Shown here piece after piece: positions 1 through 14,816 of a stretch of DNA of 64,000 nt (position 1 is its first letter; each line of letters starts with the position of its first letter). Source of the stretch: Octopus vulgaris. Taxonomy: Eukaryota. The stretch lies in contig OX597822.1 of the NCBI GenBank assembly GCA_951406725.2, positions 39,618,001-39,682,000 on the forward strand, written 5' to 3'. Below the pieces are notes generated by a model. That model made no database searches. It was not told the DNA's origin and saw only the letters and a list, made by a program, of their open reading frames with translations. The translations under genes and the position numbers were made by a program.

Positions 1-219
1 CCTGGTGTATGACTGGTATTTATTTTAACGACCTTTGGAAAGGGGAACGCCAAATATCGACTTCGTTGCGATTTGAGCTCAGAAGGTAGAGGGATCTTTC
101 TAAATACGACAGCATATTTAGTCCCGCAAACAACAGCAACAACAACAACAACAATCACAGTAAACAGATAACACAGTCTAATCAGAAGGACAGCTATGTT
201 GATGTTAGTACGTAGAAGG

Positions 220-242
220 GTATATACATATATATACATACG

Positions 243-341
<99 letters not shown>

Positions 342-397
342 CGTATATATATATATATATATATACATACGTATATATATATGTATATATACATACG

Positions 398-429
<32 letters not shown>

Positions 430-600
430 TACATGCGTATATATATATATACATGTGTATATATATACATACATAGATACATACATATATATATATGTAT
501 ATGTGTGTGTATACACACATATGTATATATATACATACATATACATATATATACAAATGTATGTGAGCGTGTGCATGTGTTCATATGTATGTGTGTGCGT
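220..600. repeat. Compound (TA)n/(TACA)n/(TG)n microsatellite; representative of dozens in the window
   Basis: Directly visible; source of the YI/CV low-complexity ORFs. Confidence 0.97.
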
Positions 601-1269
601 ATCTGAGGAGAAGTAGAAAGAGAGGTGGAGAGACACAGAGCGGGACAGACAGACATATGGTCAAACGTGCGTTGGCAGAAATGTAGTGTGTCTGTGTAAA
701 CGTATATTGAAATAAACAGGAACCATTTCGTGTATAAACACCTTTCTTTTTCTTTTTTACTTCTCTACCGTGCCATGGGCATTGGTGGGGAAATGAAAGA
801 CCACAGGCGATGTCTAGGGATACGTGGGTGGAAAAAAAAAGGCGGGGTCTTGCTGCCAGATCTCTTAGGTATGTGGGAACAACGACAGTAACAACAACAA
901 CAACAACAACAACAGCAGCAGTAACAACAACAAACCACGGTGAACTTCTGCGCAATATATCCATCCCCGTCCATTCGTCCATTCATCCATTTATCCATCC
1001 ATTCACCCATCTATTCATACATACATACATTCATTCATAGATACATACATACATTGCGTACATGTATTTATACATACATATATACATATATATAAGCGTA
1101 GCACAACACGTACACATATATACGTGTACGTATGTATATTTAAGTTTACTCATATATCTGTACAACACTCATTTATCGTTCTCACTCTATACATGTATAA
1201 ACATATATACGCATAAAAGTACACTTATCTATCTATTTGTTTGTCTGTCTGTCCGTCTGACTGTCTGTA

Positions 1270-1358
<89 letters not shown>

Positions 1359-1361
1359 GGC

Positions 1362-1426
1362 TATTTATCACTGACGAAGGGAGGGTTCTTACGAACTAAC
1401 CCTGAAATCGGTCCGATATGGAAATA
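1362..1426 (+). ncRNA. Type I hammerhead ribozyme motif (PLE pLTR-like)
   Basis: CTGACGA 1371-1377; stem II AGGG/CCCT; GAAA 1404-1407; near-palindromic stem III ATCGGTCCGAT; AUA site (H17=1418); stem I TATTTATCA/TGGAAATA with one bulge. Confidence 0.75.
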
Positions 1427-1662
1427 ATGGAATATTTTAGAAATTTCTGTCGGCTTTTTTTCGAGTAGCGTGTGTATTGTGAAAAATTATATGGTTAATG
1501 GACAATTATGTCCAACTTTCAGCATATTTTGCATTAGAAATTTTTTCGTTTGCCCTTATTTATAAGTTGTTTATAATTTTAACCGTCAAAGGTATTTTTT
1601 AATATGCAGGCCATTGATAAAAAATTTTTTCGACAAAATTTTATCCTATATATGTATATATA

Positions 1663-2078
1663 GGCGCAGGAGTGGTTATGTGGTAAGTAGCTTGTTTACC
1701 AACCAAATGGTTCCGGGTTCAGTCCCACTGCGTGGCACCTTGGGCAAGTGTCTTCTACTATAGCCTCGGGCCGACCAAAGCCTTGTGAGTAGATTTGGTA
1801 GACGGTAACTGAAAAGAAGCCCGTCGTATATATGTATATATATATATATATGCGTGTGTGTGTTTGTGTGTCTGTGTGTGTGTCCCCCTAGCATTGCTTG
1901 ACAACTGATGCTGGTGTGTTTATGTCCCCGTTACTTAGCGGTTCGGCAAAAGAGACCGATAGAATAAGTACTGGGCTTACAAAAGAATAAGTCCCGGGGT
2001 CAAGTTGCTCGATTAAAGGCGGTGCTCCAGCATGGCCGCAGTCAAATGACTGAAACCAGTAAAAGAGTAAAAGAGTAA
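1663..2078 (+). mobile_element. tRNA-derived CORE-like SINE (family A), full length, with internal microsatellite
   Basis: A-box-like TGGTTATGTGG, B-box-like GGTTCAGTCC, CORE-like CCTTGGGCAAGTG, internal (TA)/(TG), 3' tail ending in (TAAAAGAG)n; about 15 homologous copies in the window. Confidence 0.9.
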
Positions 2079-2191
2079 TATATGTATATAAATATATATA
2101 TATATATATACCAAGGGTAAAAAATATTAAAAATAATCAATACCAGTGGCCAGCATGCGTAATAATTGTCCGTTGAGTGTAAGTTATTTTT

Positions 2192-2337
2192 ATACATAAG
2201 TGTGTATAACCATAGGCCCATGAGAATGTATTTTTCGTGGTTTGAAGATCTGACACTTTCTTTCAGCTAGCAAGGAAACCACTTACTGGTTTTCCTCTCA
2301 GTGTATAGTTACCTATGGTTATACACACTTATGCATA
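2192..2337. repeat. Small fold-back (about 25 bp inverted arms)
   Basis: ATACATAAGTGTGTATAACCATAGG ... CCTATGGTTATACACACTTATGCAT. Confidence 0.75.
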
Positions 2338-2339
2338 CG

Positions 2340-2508
2340 CTGAGTTGATAAAACAGGGGACAACTGATGAAGGGAATGTTCTTTATGTTATCTGTCTCGT
2401 TTCTCTATTTCTTTCGTTGTTCGAAAAAAGTTCGTTTTCCATGTTTTTGTTTTTTATGTTCTCGTTTCCCATTTTGTTGAAGTTTTTTTGACGTCCTGTA
2501 TCAATATA

Positions 2509-2565
<57 letters not shown>

Positions 2566-3005
2566 GTAGGTATATACATATATGTTTGTATATAAGTATC
2601 TTCCACTTCTTTCTTAAAGATAAGACGTGCTTTTGCCTGTCTCTTCTCAAAGCTCTTTTTTACAGCGTTCACCACTTCACAGCCCTCACCGTTTGTTTTT
2701 ACTGTTTTGTTCTTACTGTCCTGTTTTTGTTACCACTTTAACCCTCTGCAAAAAATCCCAAATTTTATTTAATATGCTTTGCGGGGAGGACTGTTTTAAC
2801 GAAGTCTCGTCTTGTCCATATCTTCGAAACGCGGAGTTAATTAAACAGGGGACAACTGATGAAGGGAATGTTCTTTATGTTATCTGTTTCGTTTCTCTAT
2901 TTGTTTCTTTCGTTGCTCGAAAAAAGTTTGTTTTCCATATTTTTGCTTTTTATGTTCTCGTTTCTCATATTGTTCAGACTATTTTTGACGTCCTGTACCC
3001 ATATA

Positions 3006-3010
<5 letters not shown>
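2340..3010 (+). mobile_element. TA-associated dispersed repeat (partial tandem) carrying a permuted hammerhead-like motif; probable PLE terminal repeat
   Basis: 2350-2512 repeats 2843-3010; homologous to 6121-6362, 54060-54520 and 54905-55124; all end in GTCCTGT(A/G)... next to (TA)n. Confidence 0.7.
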
Positions 3011-3069
<59 letters not shown>

Positions 3070-3116
3070 TATGGAGGTATGTACATATATGTATGTATAT
3101 ATGCATATATATATAT

Positions 3117-3519
3117 ACTCTTTACTCTTTTAGTTGTTTCAGTCATTTGACTGCGGCCATGCTGGAGCACCACCTTTAGTTGAGCAAATCGACCCCGGGA
3201 CTTATTCTTTGTAAGCCCAGTACTTATTCTATCGGTTCTTTTGCCGAACCGCTAAGTGACGGGGACATAAACACACCAGCATCGGTTGTCAAGCAATGCT
3301 AGGGGGACAACACACACACATACACACACACATATATATATATAAATACATATATACGACAAGCTTGTTTCAGTTTCCGTCTACCAAATCCACTCACAAG
3401 GCATTGGTCGGCCCGAGGCTATAGCAGAAGACACTTGCCCAAGGTGCCACGCAGTGGGACTGAACCCGGAACCATGTGGTTGGTTAGCAAGCTACTTACC
3501 ACACAGCCACTCCTGCGCC
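3117..3519 (-). mobile_element. SINE family A, full length
   Basis: Reverse-complement match to 1663-2078. Confidence 0.9.
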
Positions 3520-3583
3520 TATATATATATATATCATTTATATTATATCATATTATATATATATATATCATTTATATTATATC

Positions 3584-3628
<45 letters not shown>

Positions 3629-3992
3629 ATTCATGCCACTGGTCACTTTGAGTTATATCCCTTAGCCCATTTTGTTTAAATTATGCAAATTACTAAGATT
3701 ATTTATGCAAATTACTCGCCTTTGACTATTGGTGATAAGGTCGGACAAGTATCGATCTGATGACGGAAATACTTGTCCAAGTTCTTATTCCTATCTCCCG
3801 ACAATGATCCTTCCTCTGCTGTACTGGCGTATCAGTTTTGGAAAATACTTGATATCTCGAGATTGTCTCCCCTTCTCAAGTGCGGTTGGGCTTAATTGCA
3901 GCTTAACTGACACTTCCTGTTGAGGTTGAGTTTTAATATATGAAGAATTTATCTTGTATGTTACGTGATATATATGTATTTGTAAAGAGCTT

Positions 3993-4161
3993 CAGGTGTG
4001 GCTGTGTGGTAAGAAGTTTGTTTCCCTACCGCAAGCTCCCGAGTTCAGTTCTACTCCTTTGCAACTTGGAGAAGTGGGCAAGTGTCTTCTATTTTAGTCT
4101 CAGACCAACCAAAGCCTTGTGAGTGAATTTGGTTGGTCCGGAAACTGAAATAAGCCCGTCG

Positions 4162-4219
<58 letters not shown>

Positions 4220-4495
4220 TCTGCGCGCGTCGGCATGTGTGCGTGCGTATACATATATGTGTATATGTGTGCGTGTGTGTTTTTGTACTTGATGTCTCCC
4301 ACTATCACGTGAAACCTGTGTTGGTGCGTTTACGTGATCCTAACTCAGCGGTTTGGAAAGTAGATGTCCAATAGAATACGTGCCGAGCTTTAACAAAATA
4401 AGTATTAGAGTCGAATCATTCGGCTAAAAATTCTTCAAGCCTGTGCCCCAGCATGGCCTCAGTCCATTGACTGAAAAAAGAAAAAGATGAAAGAT
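3993..4495 (+). mobile_element. SINE family A, diverged
   Basis: Head, CORE-like block and 3' tail recognisable. Confidence 0.8.
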
Positions 4496-4766
4496 AATAT
4501 ATATATATATAATATACAACATATAAAAATGTTTTTTCTTAAAGCTAAATTATATCTTCACAGATAAATACATCTTTCAATCTATTTACTCTATTTTTTT
4601 TACTTTTAATATTTAACATAATTGTAGGCAACTGGTCCTAATGTTCTAAGTTTCAAATTTTTTTAATGGAGTTTCTTCTATAAGAACAATCATGATTTTA
4701 TTTCTTTAAGAAATATTGTTTAATTCTATTTGATTATTTATTTAACTATTGTTGTTGTTATTGTTA

Positions 4767-4866
4767 ACCTGAGGAGTGACTATAATTTTAAATTGAATTG
4801 TTTTTCGATTAAATATAAATTTAATTGTAATTCGAATTTAAATTATAGCCATGAAACGTACGTAGT
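4767..4866 (+). ncRNA. Type I hammerhead motif in an AT-rich pLTR-like repeat (family also at 7431-7680 and 30093-30240)
   Basis: CTGAGGA 4769-4775; stem II GTGACTATAATTT/AAATTATAGCCAT; GAAA 4853-4856; palindromic ACGTACGT; GUA site; stem I only 2 bp. Confidence 0.65.
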
Positions 4867-5091
4867 CTTTTTACTTATTATATATTGTTTATTCATTTTT
4901 GTACTTTTTGTGATCTAGTTGTATGTTTTAAAATATATTTTATTTTTTATTTATGATTTGGTTTATGTCTATCATTGTTTGAATTGCATAATAGTGGTTT
5001 TCTCTAACTTATAAATATTATATATTTATATTGTGAAATTTGATTTAATACTAAATTGAATTTTTCCCTGTAAGTTTGGAGTTATACATCC

Positions 5092-5570
<479 letters not shown>

Positions 5571-5573
5571 TCA

Positions 5574-5632
<59 letters not shown>

Positions 5633-5633
<1 letters not shown>

Positions 5634-5853
5634 GTCTTAGGAGAGTCATTCTCTTTTAGTGCCTTATTATTTAACACACTCACCGGTAAAATTTCCACTC
5701 ATTTATTTATTTTTTCTAAAATTTTCGTTGCGTCTTCCAACCTTTTCAGACAATTGAAAATTTCCGGAAAAATAAATAATTAAATGAGTGGAAACTTAAT
5801 CAGTGAGTGTATTAAATAATAAGACACTAAAAGAGAATGACTCTCCCCAGACA
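5633..5853. repeat. Long fold-back (about 85 bp arms) with a degenerate hammerhead-like centre; inverted pLTR-like
   Basis: GAGAGTCATTCTCTTTTAGTG... / ...CACTAAAAGAGAATGACTCTC; minus-strand centre CTGAAAAGGTTG..CAACGAAA. Confidence 0.7.
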
Positions 5854-6032
5854 AAACAAAATATGCTTCAACACATGAACTCACATAAAGAATCTTGCAA
5901 ACCAAACCCCAAAAGGAAGTGTATATATATATATTATATATGTTTTATTATATATATATATATATAATATAATATAAATGATATATATATATGCATACAT
6001 ACATACGTATATGTACATACTTACATCTACAC

Positions 6033-6120
<88 letters not shown>

Positions 6121-6125
<5 letters not shown>

Positions 6126-6362
6126 TGTGTGGGCACAGGACGTCACGAAACGTGTACATGAACTATTTTTTCGAACATCGAAAGGCACAAACGGAAAACA
6201 AGACAAACAACAGAAAAAAACGACCCTTCATCAGTTGTTAGTTATTTTTCTACTTTCGTATTTCCAGCATTTAACAACCAGATACGCTTTCGATGAAACA
6301 ATTACTACCGCAAAGCAAATTAAATAATATTTGTGATTTTGCGGAGGGTCGAAATTGGTAAC
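6121..6362 (-). mobile_element. Diverged copy of the permuted-hammerhead repeat
   Basis: Homology to 2730-3010 including the terminus and the GCTTTGCGG block. Confidence 0.65.
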
Positions 6363-6385
6363 ACAAACAACACACACACACACAG

Positions 6386-6442
<57 letters not shown>

Positions 6443-7061
6443 TTCTTGAGTGTACAAATATATTATGTGTCATAAAGAGATTCTCTGCCATATGTAAAAC
6501 AAATGTTCACCAGTTGATACAGACCTCCATCACTTGTGGGGTGGATCAATGTCTACAGACGTAGCTGCAAAATATATGAATATTAAAAAAAAGCAATTTT
6601 GGGAGATTTTCTGTCAAGTCTGTTCGCCCTGCATCTTCTGTTAAGGTAAACTTTGTGAACTTTCATATTTGTAAGACGACATACGGTAAACCACATGTTT
6701 TGAGCTTCTCGTTGTAACACCTGCTGCATGGTTACATATTTCATAGGGTTACAAACTAAGTTATATCACTACCACATTAGTTACACTCCTATTAAACTGG
6801 TTACTTGAAAATTCTTTTGATAATCGGGTAATTAAGGACAGTCGTTAATTCCGTCAACCAATTAGTGGGCACCGTTTCTTTATTCCTTCTGGCATTAGTA
6901 ACCGGAGCAACCAAGTTCTTGTATGTTCAGCTGGTCTTTGAATATCAGATATAAATACACACACATAGGAACTAGCATGGCTGCATGGTAAGCGTCTTCT
7001 ACTTGGACCGACCAAAGTCTCGTAAGTGGATTTGGTTGGCGGAAACTGAAAGAAGCCCGTC

Positions 7062-7132
<71 letters not shown>

Positions 7133-7315
7133 AGGGTATCTAAGAGATACCATCAGGCTGGAAATAGCAGCCAAAACTTGACTCGAAAACAACATTAAAT
7201 GTTCATACACCACCAGGAGAGAAGACAAAAAGAAAAAAATTACTGGATAATTCCAGATCCCGGATTTCTGCATAGTTTATTTTTTAAAGCAAAAGTCAAA
7301 CATAGAATAATAATG

Positions 7316-7404
<89 letters not shown>

Positions 7405-7666
7405 TATAATAATAATAATAATAATAATAATAGGGTGTATAACTCCAAACTTACAGGGAAAATTCAATTTAGTATTAAATCAAATTTTCAATGTAAATAT
7501 ATATATATATATAAGTTAGAGAAATTAGATAATGTTTATTATATACCGTTTATTATTATGTACTTTATTGTGACCTTGGTAAATGTTTTATCATATATTT
7601 TATTTTTTCTATATGGTTTTTTTACGTCTATCATTGTTTGAATTATATAATAGTGGCTTTTCTCTA

Positions 7667-7756
<90 letters not shown>

Positions 7757-8406
7757 CATACTACTATTAGAACATTGGTTTTAAATCTCCAATTTGGACT
7801 TACTTTACGCTGATATTAGTTCAGCGTGTGATTTCGAGTCGTACATAACAGAATCCACTTGGTTTCACCAAACAGGTGACATTTGCTATTTACAGATGTT
7901 CTACAGTTTTTAGCCTACATATCATCTATTATTACTGTCCATACTTCTTAACGTCGTAATAGAAGTTTTTGTTCACAACATTTGTACTATTTTGATTAGA
8001 CTCGGTTAACTACAAGCACTGAAACCGCATGCAGAAAAGATAGCCATAAATTGAGTTCTACATAAATTTTATGGTACTGACCAAGCAGTGGTGAAGACCG
8101 CATAACATAGCTAAAGTCAGGTTCCATTCCATATCGACCACAAGCATCACTTCAAAGCTAAAGAGACGCGTCGACACAATAGAAATAGAAACGGTTTAAA
8201 ATATAACTGGCAGAAACTCATCAACGTAATACGCATTTAGGTAACACTATTCGCATTTTACATTACTCTGAAAAACATCTTGTGGCAAAAACAATAAAGA
8301 TAACACAAGAGGTGACGCAATAAGATTACAATTTTCTATTGACACTATAAACAACGCACATTAACTTACGCACCTATATACATACATACATACATACATA
8401 CATACA

Positions 8407-8479
<73 letters not shown>

Positions 8480-8669
8480 TCACCAAGATAACTAGAACTT
8501 CACTCTAGCCATCTCCTTCTGTTCAACACACCTAACTGCCTCAAACACATGGTAAACAATCCCATCACTATCCTGATAATCATCAACAAAATGCGCCTAG
8601 ACTGCAATAAACAAACGAGAACTAGTTTATGTCTCCATTCATAAACATTAGTTGAGGAAAGTCTATATT

Positions 8670-9032
8670 GTTGATGTTCTTTAACCCCAGGTTAGCCCTG
8701 ATCCAGTAGACCTATGATTAAAGATTAATTATGATCACACTATCTTTCAGCCAGGCATTGTGTATCTAGGAGTACCTTATTTAATTTATCCTTCCTTGCT
8801 GTGTTACCCCCGTTTCAGTTATGACCCAACAGACCTATGGTCAAAGGTCTGCCCGTCATGATCATCCCACATTTTGTATTCAGGTAAAGTATAATAAGGA
8901 CTACATCTTTAAATGTGTTCTTCCTTATTTTTGTCGCTTAGCCCCTGGTTAATCCAAATCTATCAGACCAAGCATCATGTTTTATATACAAATTCAGTAT
9001 ATCTAGAACTTCATTATCTAAAGTGTCCTTCC
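8670..9032. repeat. Three diverged tandem units of about 100-130 bp
   Basis: Recurring TTA(A/G)CCCC...CAGACCTATG...TATCTAGGA...CCTTCC. Confidence 0.55.
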
Positions 9033-9119
9033 ATTTCTAAAAGAATACAATATAATTTAGAGGGAATTTGATTGCTATTCACGACACGTCAAGCGTGTGT
9101 ATAGAATCACTGCAACTGG

Positions 9120-9810
9120 CTTGCCAAAAGAACGGAAAGGTGTGATAGGAGATTATGAGTGCCAGGATCGATTTATGATGAGGAAAATCGAAGAAAAAAC
9201 TGGGTCTATGCGGGAGAAAGAAAATATTGTAAGAAAGTATAGGAGAGGATATCACATGGCTGGATAATAAATACCTTGCATTTAACCAAGGATAGCAGAA
9301 TGAAACGGTATAATATAGGACGAGGCCGATCTTAATGTACTCAAGGGAGAGAACCTCATCAGAAATAAGCTATAAATTAACAATGGTATTCCACTTGGGG
9401 ATTCATTGTTGCTCTACTCTTTTATATGGAACTGGTATCGTTGAGTGAATGAGTCCGAGAGTTGAGAAAACATCTGGCAACACAATGAAAGGAGGTGCCT
9501 TATTCTTGGCGGATAAATTGGAGCTGTTTGTTACATCAAATAACTCTAGGGAATCGGTATTCGAGAAACAGTCCAAACGATCGGCAAAGATATAAGGATG
9601 GTATTCGGAACACAAAAAATGTGTCAGGGCCACATCAGCATAAAAGGCAGCAAGAAGAAAAAAAGAAAAAAAAACACGAAACAAAACAAAACAAAACAAA
9701 AAGCAAACAAGGCAGTATTGGAACCGTTAAAGAATGAAGAATTTTGGGAACTTGAAACTCAGGAAGCCAGCAAGTTTCTAAGAGTGTAGGAGGCAAATCA
9801 AATCAAACTT
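9120..9810 (+). pseudogene. Highly decayed R4/Dong-like RT fragment
   Basis: Remnants of the I.QGD.LS and H..Y.DD regions and a downstream KFLGV-like block; many stops. Confidence 0.45.
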
Positions 9811-10256
9811 AAAACCAGCGATATCACTGCTAAGATCTTCAGCAAATTAGAACAATTATCATTTTAGTCTTTTTCATTTTGTTAGTAACATTGAGCATTA
9901 GTCGTTGATCATGGTGAACTTTCAAATGTATGCATACGAAGAGGGTACTACTTTTATGCATCTTCAAATTAGAAATAGTACAGGCAATTATGATGAGAGT
10001 TGTAGATCGCTTGAAGCATTGTAGTATAGTAGAATGATAAATGAAATTAGAACTAAGAAAAGCTTTTAACAATGCAGAAAGTTTAAAAACTTCATTTTAT
10101 ATTTCGGACGTAAAGGCCTATCTTCGAAAGAATACAGTAAAAGAAATTCGTATTTACATTTATACTGCCATTTTAGATAGTCAGACGGGTAGCGATGGGC
10201 AACTGTGATGAGGATGAAGATGATGATGACGATGATGATGGTGATGATGATAATAA

Positions 10257-10460
10257 TCTTTTCTACTATAGGCACAAGGCCTGAAGGTTTGAGAGGAGGA
10301 CAAGTCGATCACAGCGAACCTAGTACTTATTTTATTGACCCTGAATGGATTAAAGTCAAAGTTTATCTTGGCAGAATTTGAACTCAGAATGTGTAGCCAG
10401 ATGAAACGATCATAAGCATTTCTGCTTCTCGTGCTAACGATTCTACCAGCTCATCACCTT
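10257..10460 (-). mobile_element. tRNA-derived SINE family B (central domain resembles the Meta-SINE domain, from memory)
   Basis: Head GGTGATGAGCTGGTAGAA, B box GAGTTCAAATTC; homologous to better copies at 16.3, 22.6, 26.7, 32.3 and 42.8 kb. Confidence 0.75.
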
Positions 10461-10464
10461 AATA

Positions 10465-12070
<1,606 letters not shown>

Positions 12071-12082
12071 TAATAATAATAA

Positions 12083-13469
12083 TAAAAAAAAAGAATATTA
12101 TAGACGAGTTAGATCAATACTAAAAACAGAGCTCAATGCTAAAAACAAGATAATAGGTATCAACACTTTAGCTGTCCCAGTTATAAGTTACAGCTACAAT
12201 ATCCTTAACTGGACACGAAATGAACTGTCCAAAATAGATAGGAAAACAAGAAAAATACTGACAGGATCTAGGATGCATCACCCAAAATCTGACATAGAAA
12301 GACTATATATACAACGTATAGAAGGTGGTAGAGGCCTTATACAGCTGGAAAACTACTATAAAATAACCACCATAGGACTGCAAAAATACCTACTTCAGAA
12401 GGAAGGAAAACTGATCCAGATAGCAGCAAAACACGAGCAAAACAAAAAACTGTTCTCAGTATTTAAGGAAGCTGACAAATACAAACAAGAAATCATACCA
12501 CCTAATAAACACAAAGAAGAAGAAGAAGATGATGAAGAAACAACAAAAGCTATAAAACAAATGAAATCCAAACTAAAAATAGAACAGCAACGAGCCATGA
12601 TAAAACGATGGCAAGAAAAACCCCTTCATGGTAAATACTGCACTAAACTAAACGCAAAAGAAATAGACAAAGAAAAATCCCAGCAATGGTTGAGAAGCTC
12701 AGGACTCAAAGCAGAAACAGAGGGATTTTTAATTGCAGCACAAGACCAAAGCCTCCCCACCAGAAATTACCAAAAACATGTAATGAAAAGAAATATTACA
12801 AGTAACTGCAGAATATGTGGAGATGGCAAGAAACAATAAATCATATTATCTCTAGCTGCCCAGTCCTGGCTAAGAAGGAATATATTCACAGACATGACAG
12901 AGTTGGAACCTACATACATTGGAAGCTATGCCAACATTATGGAATAACAACAGAAAAAAGATGGTATAGGCACACACCAGAAAAGGTCACAGAAAACGAG
13001 AAAGCAACCATACTATGGGATATGCCGATACACACAGATAGAGAAATTAAGGCCAACAGACCAGATATAGTTGTCAGAGACCATGAAGAAAAAAAATGCT
13101 TTCTAATTGATATATCAATACCGGCAGATGACAACGTGTCTCTAAAAGAAATGGAGAAACTCTCAAAATACAATGACCTGGAAATAGAGGTAACTAGAAT
13201 GTGGAACCTGAAAACAGAAACAATTCCTATCATAGTAGGTGCATTAGGCATGATAAAAAAATATTCAGACAAATACATAACAAAAACACAAGGACTTACA
13301 AACACATATAACATACAGAAAATTGCACTACTAGGCACTGCACACATCCTACGCAGAACACTTTCCATACAATAACCATCAGAGCATCACAACAAATCAC
13401 AGCACATACCCAAGGCACACAGAGCTGCGCTCGGTAGTGAAGTGAAAGCACGCTATAAAAATAAAACTA

Positions 13470-13472
<3 letters not shown>
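12083..13472 (+). mobile_element. R4/Dong-like element, family A, 5'-truncated; ORF split by one frameshift (12273-12839, 12815-13375)
   Basis: CRICGDG..TINHIISSC CCHC knuckle, YIHRHD, RPDIVV..LIDIS..EKLSKY (PD-D/ExK RLE); (TAA)n flanks. Confidence 0.93.
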
Positions 13473-13534
<62 letters not shown>

Positions 13535-13536
<2 letters not shown>

Positions 13537-13960
13537 GGAACAACAAAATGGAAAACAAGCGAAGAAGTACAAAAAGGACTTGAAGAAGAATTATGCAAGA
13601 ATGGACTACACAATCAATTCTATATAGCCTCAACAGAAGTTGCTGGAAAGAATAGATAGGATTGGCCGATGAAAGGAACACTAAAAAAGAGACCGAGAGC
13701 CCTTTATTGGTAGCGCAAAACCAAGCTTTGGCCAAAAACTGGAGGGCAACCTTAGAAATGTGCAAGTGTCTCCGCTGTGCCGCATCGGCAATAGAGAGGA
13801 TGAAACATTACCCATATCACGAACGAATGCCCTAGACCTGCCCAAAACAACAAGTTGTGGTGACACTATCAGATAGCAAAAGTACTACACTAGAAACTGT
13901 AAGGAAAGCGGGGGCTAGAGAGGATGCAAGACATAGCATGAGCACAAACCGTAGAGAGGA
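13535..13960 (+). pseudogene. Decayed R4/Dong-like fragment (another family)
   Basis: LKKETESPLLVAQNQAL, CRIG..EDETL; starts in a TAA tract. Confidence 0.6.
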
Positions 13961-14684
13961 AGTAGGTGGGAGCGTAGTCGTTCACCGGACCTTGCGATGT
14001 CAAGCCGAAATTAAGACGTAGTAGGACAATGGAGTCAACGGTGATTTATACATATTCTTTTACGTTACCCTTAAGTTATTTTTACTTTGTAAAATTTAAA
14101 TTTTTATCATTCGTATCATTTGTAAATTTTCTTTTGGCATCTTGTCATAGTTTTTATAGTTTTTATTCGAAAATATTTATTCATCATTGCTTCCATATTT
14201 ATTCGAATATATTTATTTGCCATTCCTTTCATTTTATATCATTTTATATCCTCACAAGTATATATTTTATTTTATTTTTTTATTCCTATATATTATTAAT
14301 TTTATATTTATAGACATAAGTTACGTGAGAACATAGTTTTTGTAAATTTTTATTTTTTTATTTTTATTCGTATTTTTTATTTTTATTCGTATTTTTTATT
14401 TTTATTTTTATTTGTAATTTTCTATTTGAATTAAATTATGGCTTGTACAGTAAGGTCTGGCGAACCTATTTTCACATACACATTAGAATATAGTTTTTAG
14501 TATCAAACTGTGATAGAGTGATGTAGAGGCATGATGATTGGGGTTATATTTTAAGAAAGGTTCCTGCACAACACGGCGTGGTTAAGGAACCGGAAAATGA
14601 ACCTCAAGAAACAAGTAGTAAGTATTAAATTAAATTAAAATTCTTTCATATGGTGGGATGAAGGGGCCTACTATCTCGAAATGA

Positions 14685-14718
<34 letters not shown>

Positions 14719-14816
14719 GTAATTATAAATTGAGGATATAATCATGAAGATGATTTTATTAGTGGCTACCGTATAAAAAATGATCATATAGGTAAAATTA
14801 ATTTTTATGTATATGA

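Noticed and set aside
2805-2875. Reading the motif as an ordinary type II hammerhead
   Set aside because: No NUH plus stem I can be formed between GAAA and CUGAUGA; the pairing partners lie upstream of GAAA
7760-8350. Possible host exon or enhancer in unique-looking sequence (also 29720-30020, 46050-46230)
   Set aside because: No ORF, homology or motif cluster I can support from sequence alone
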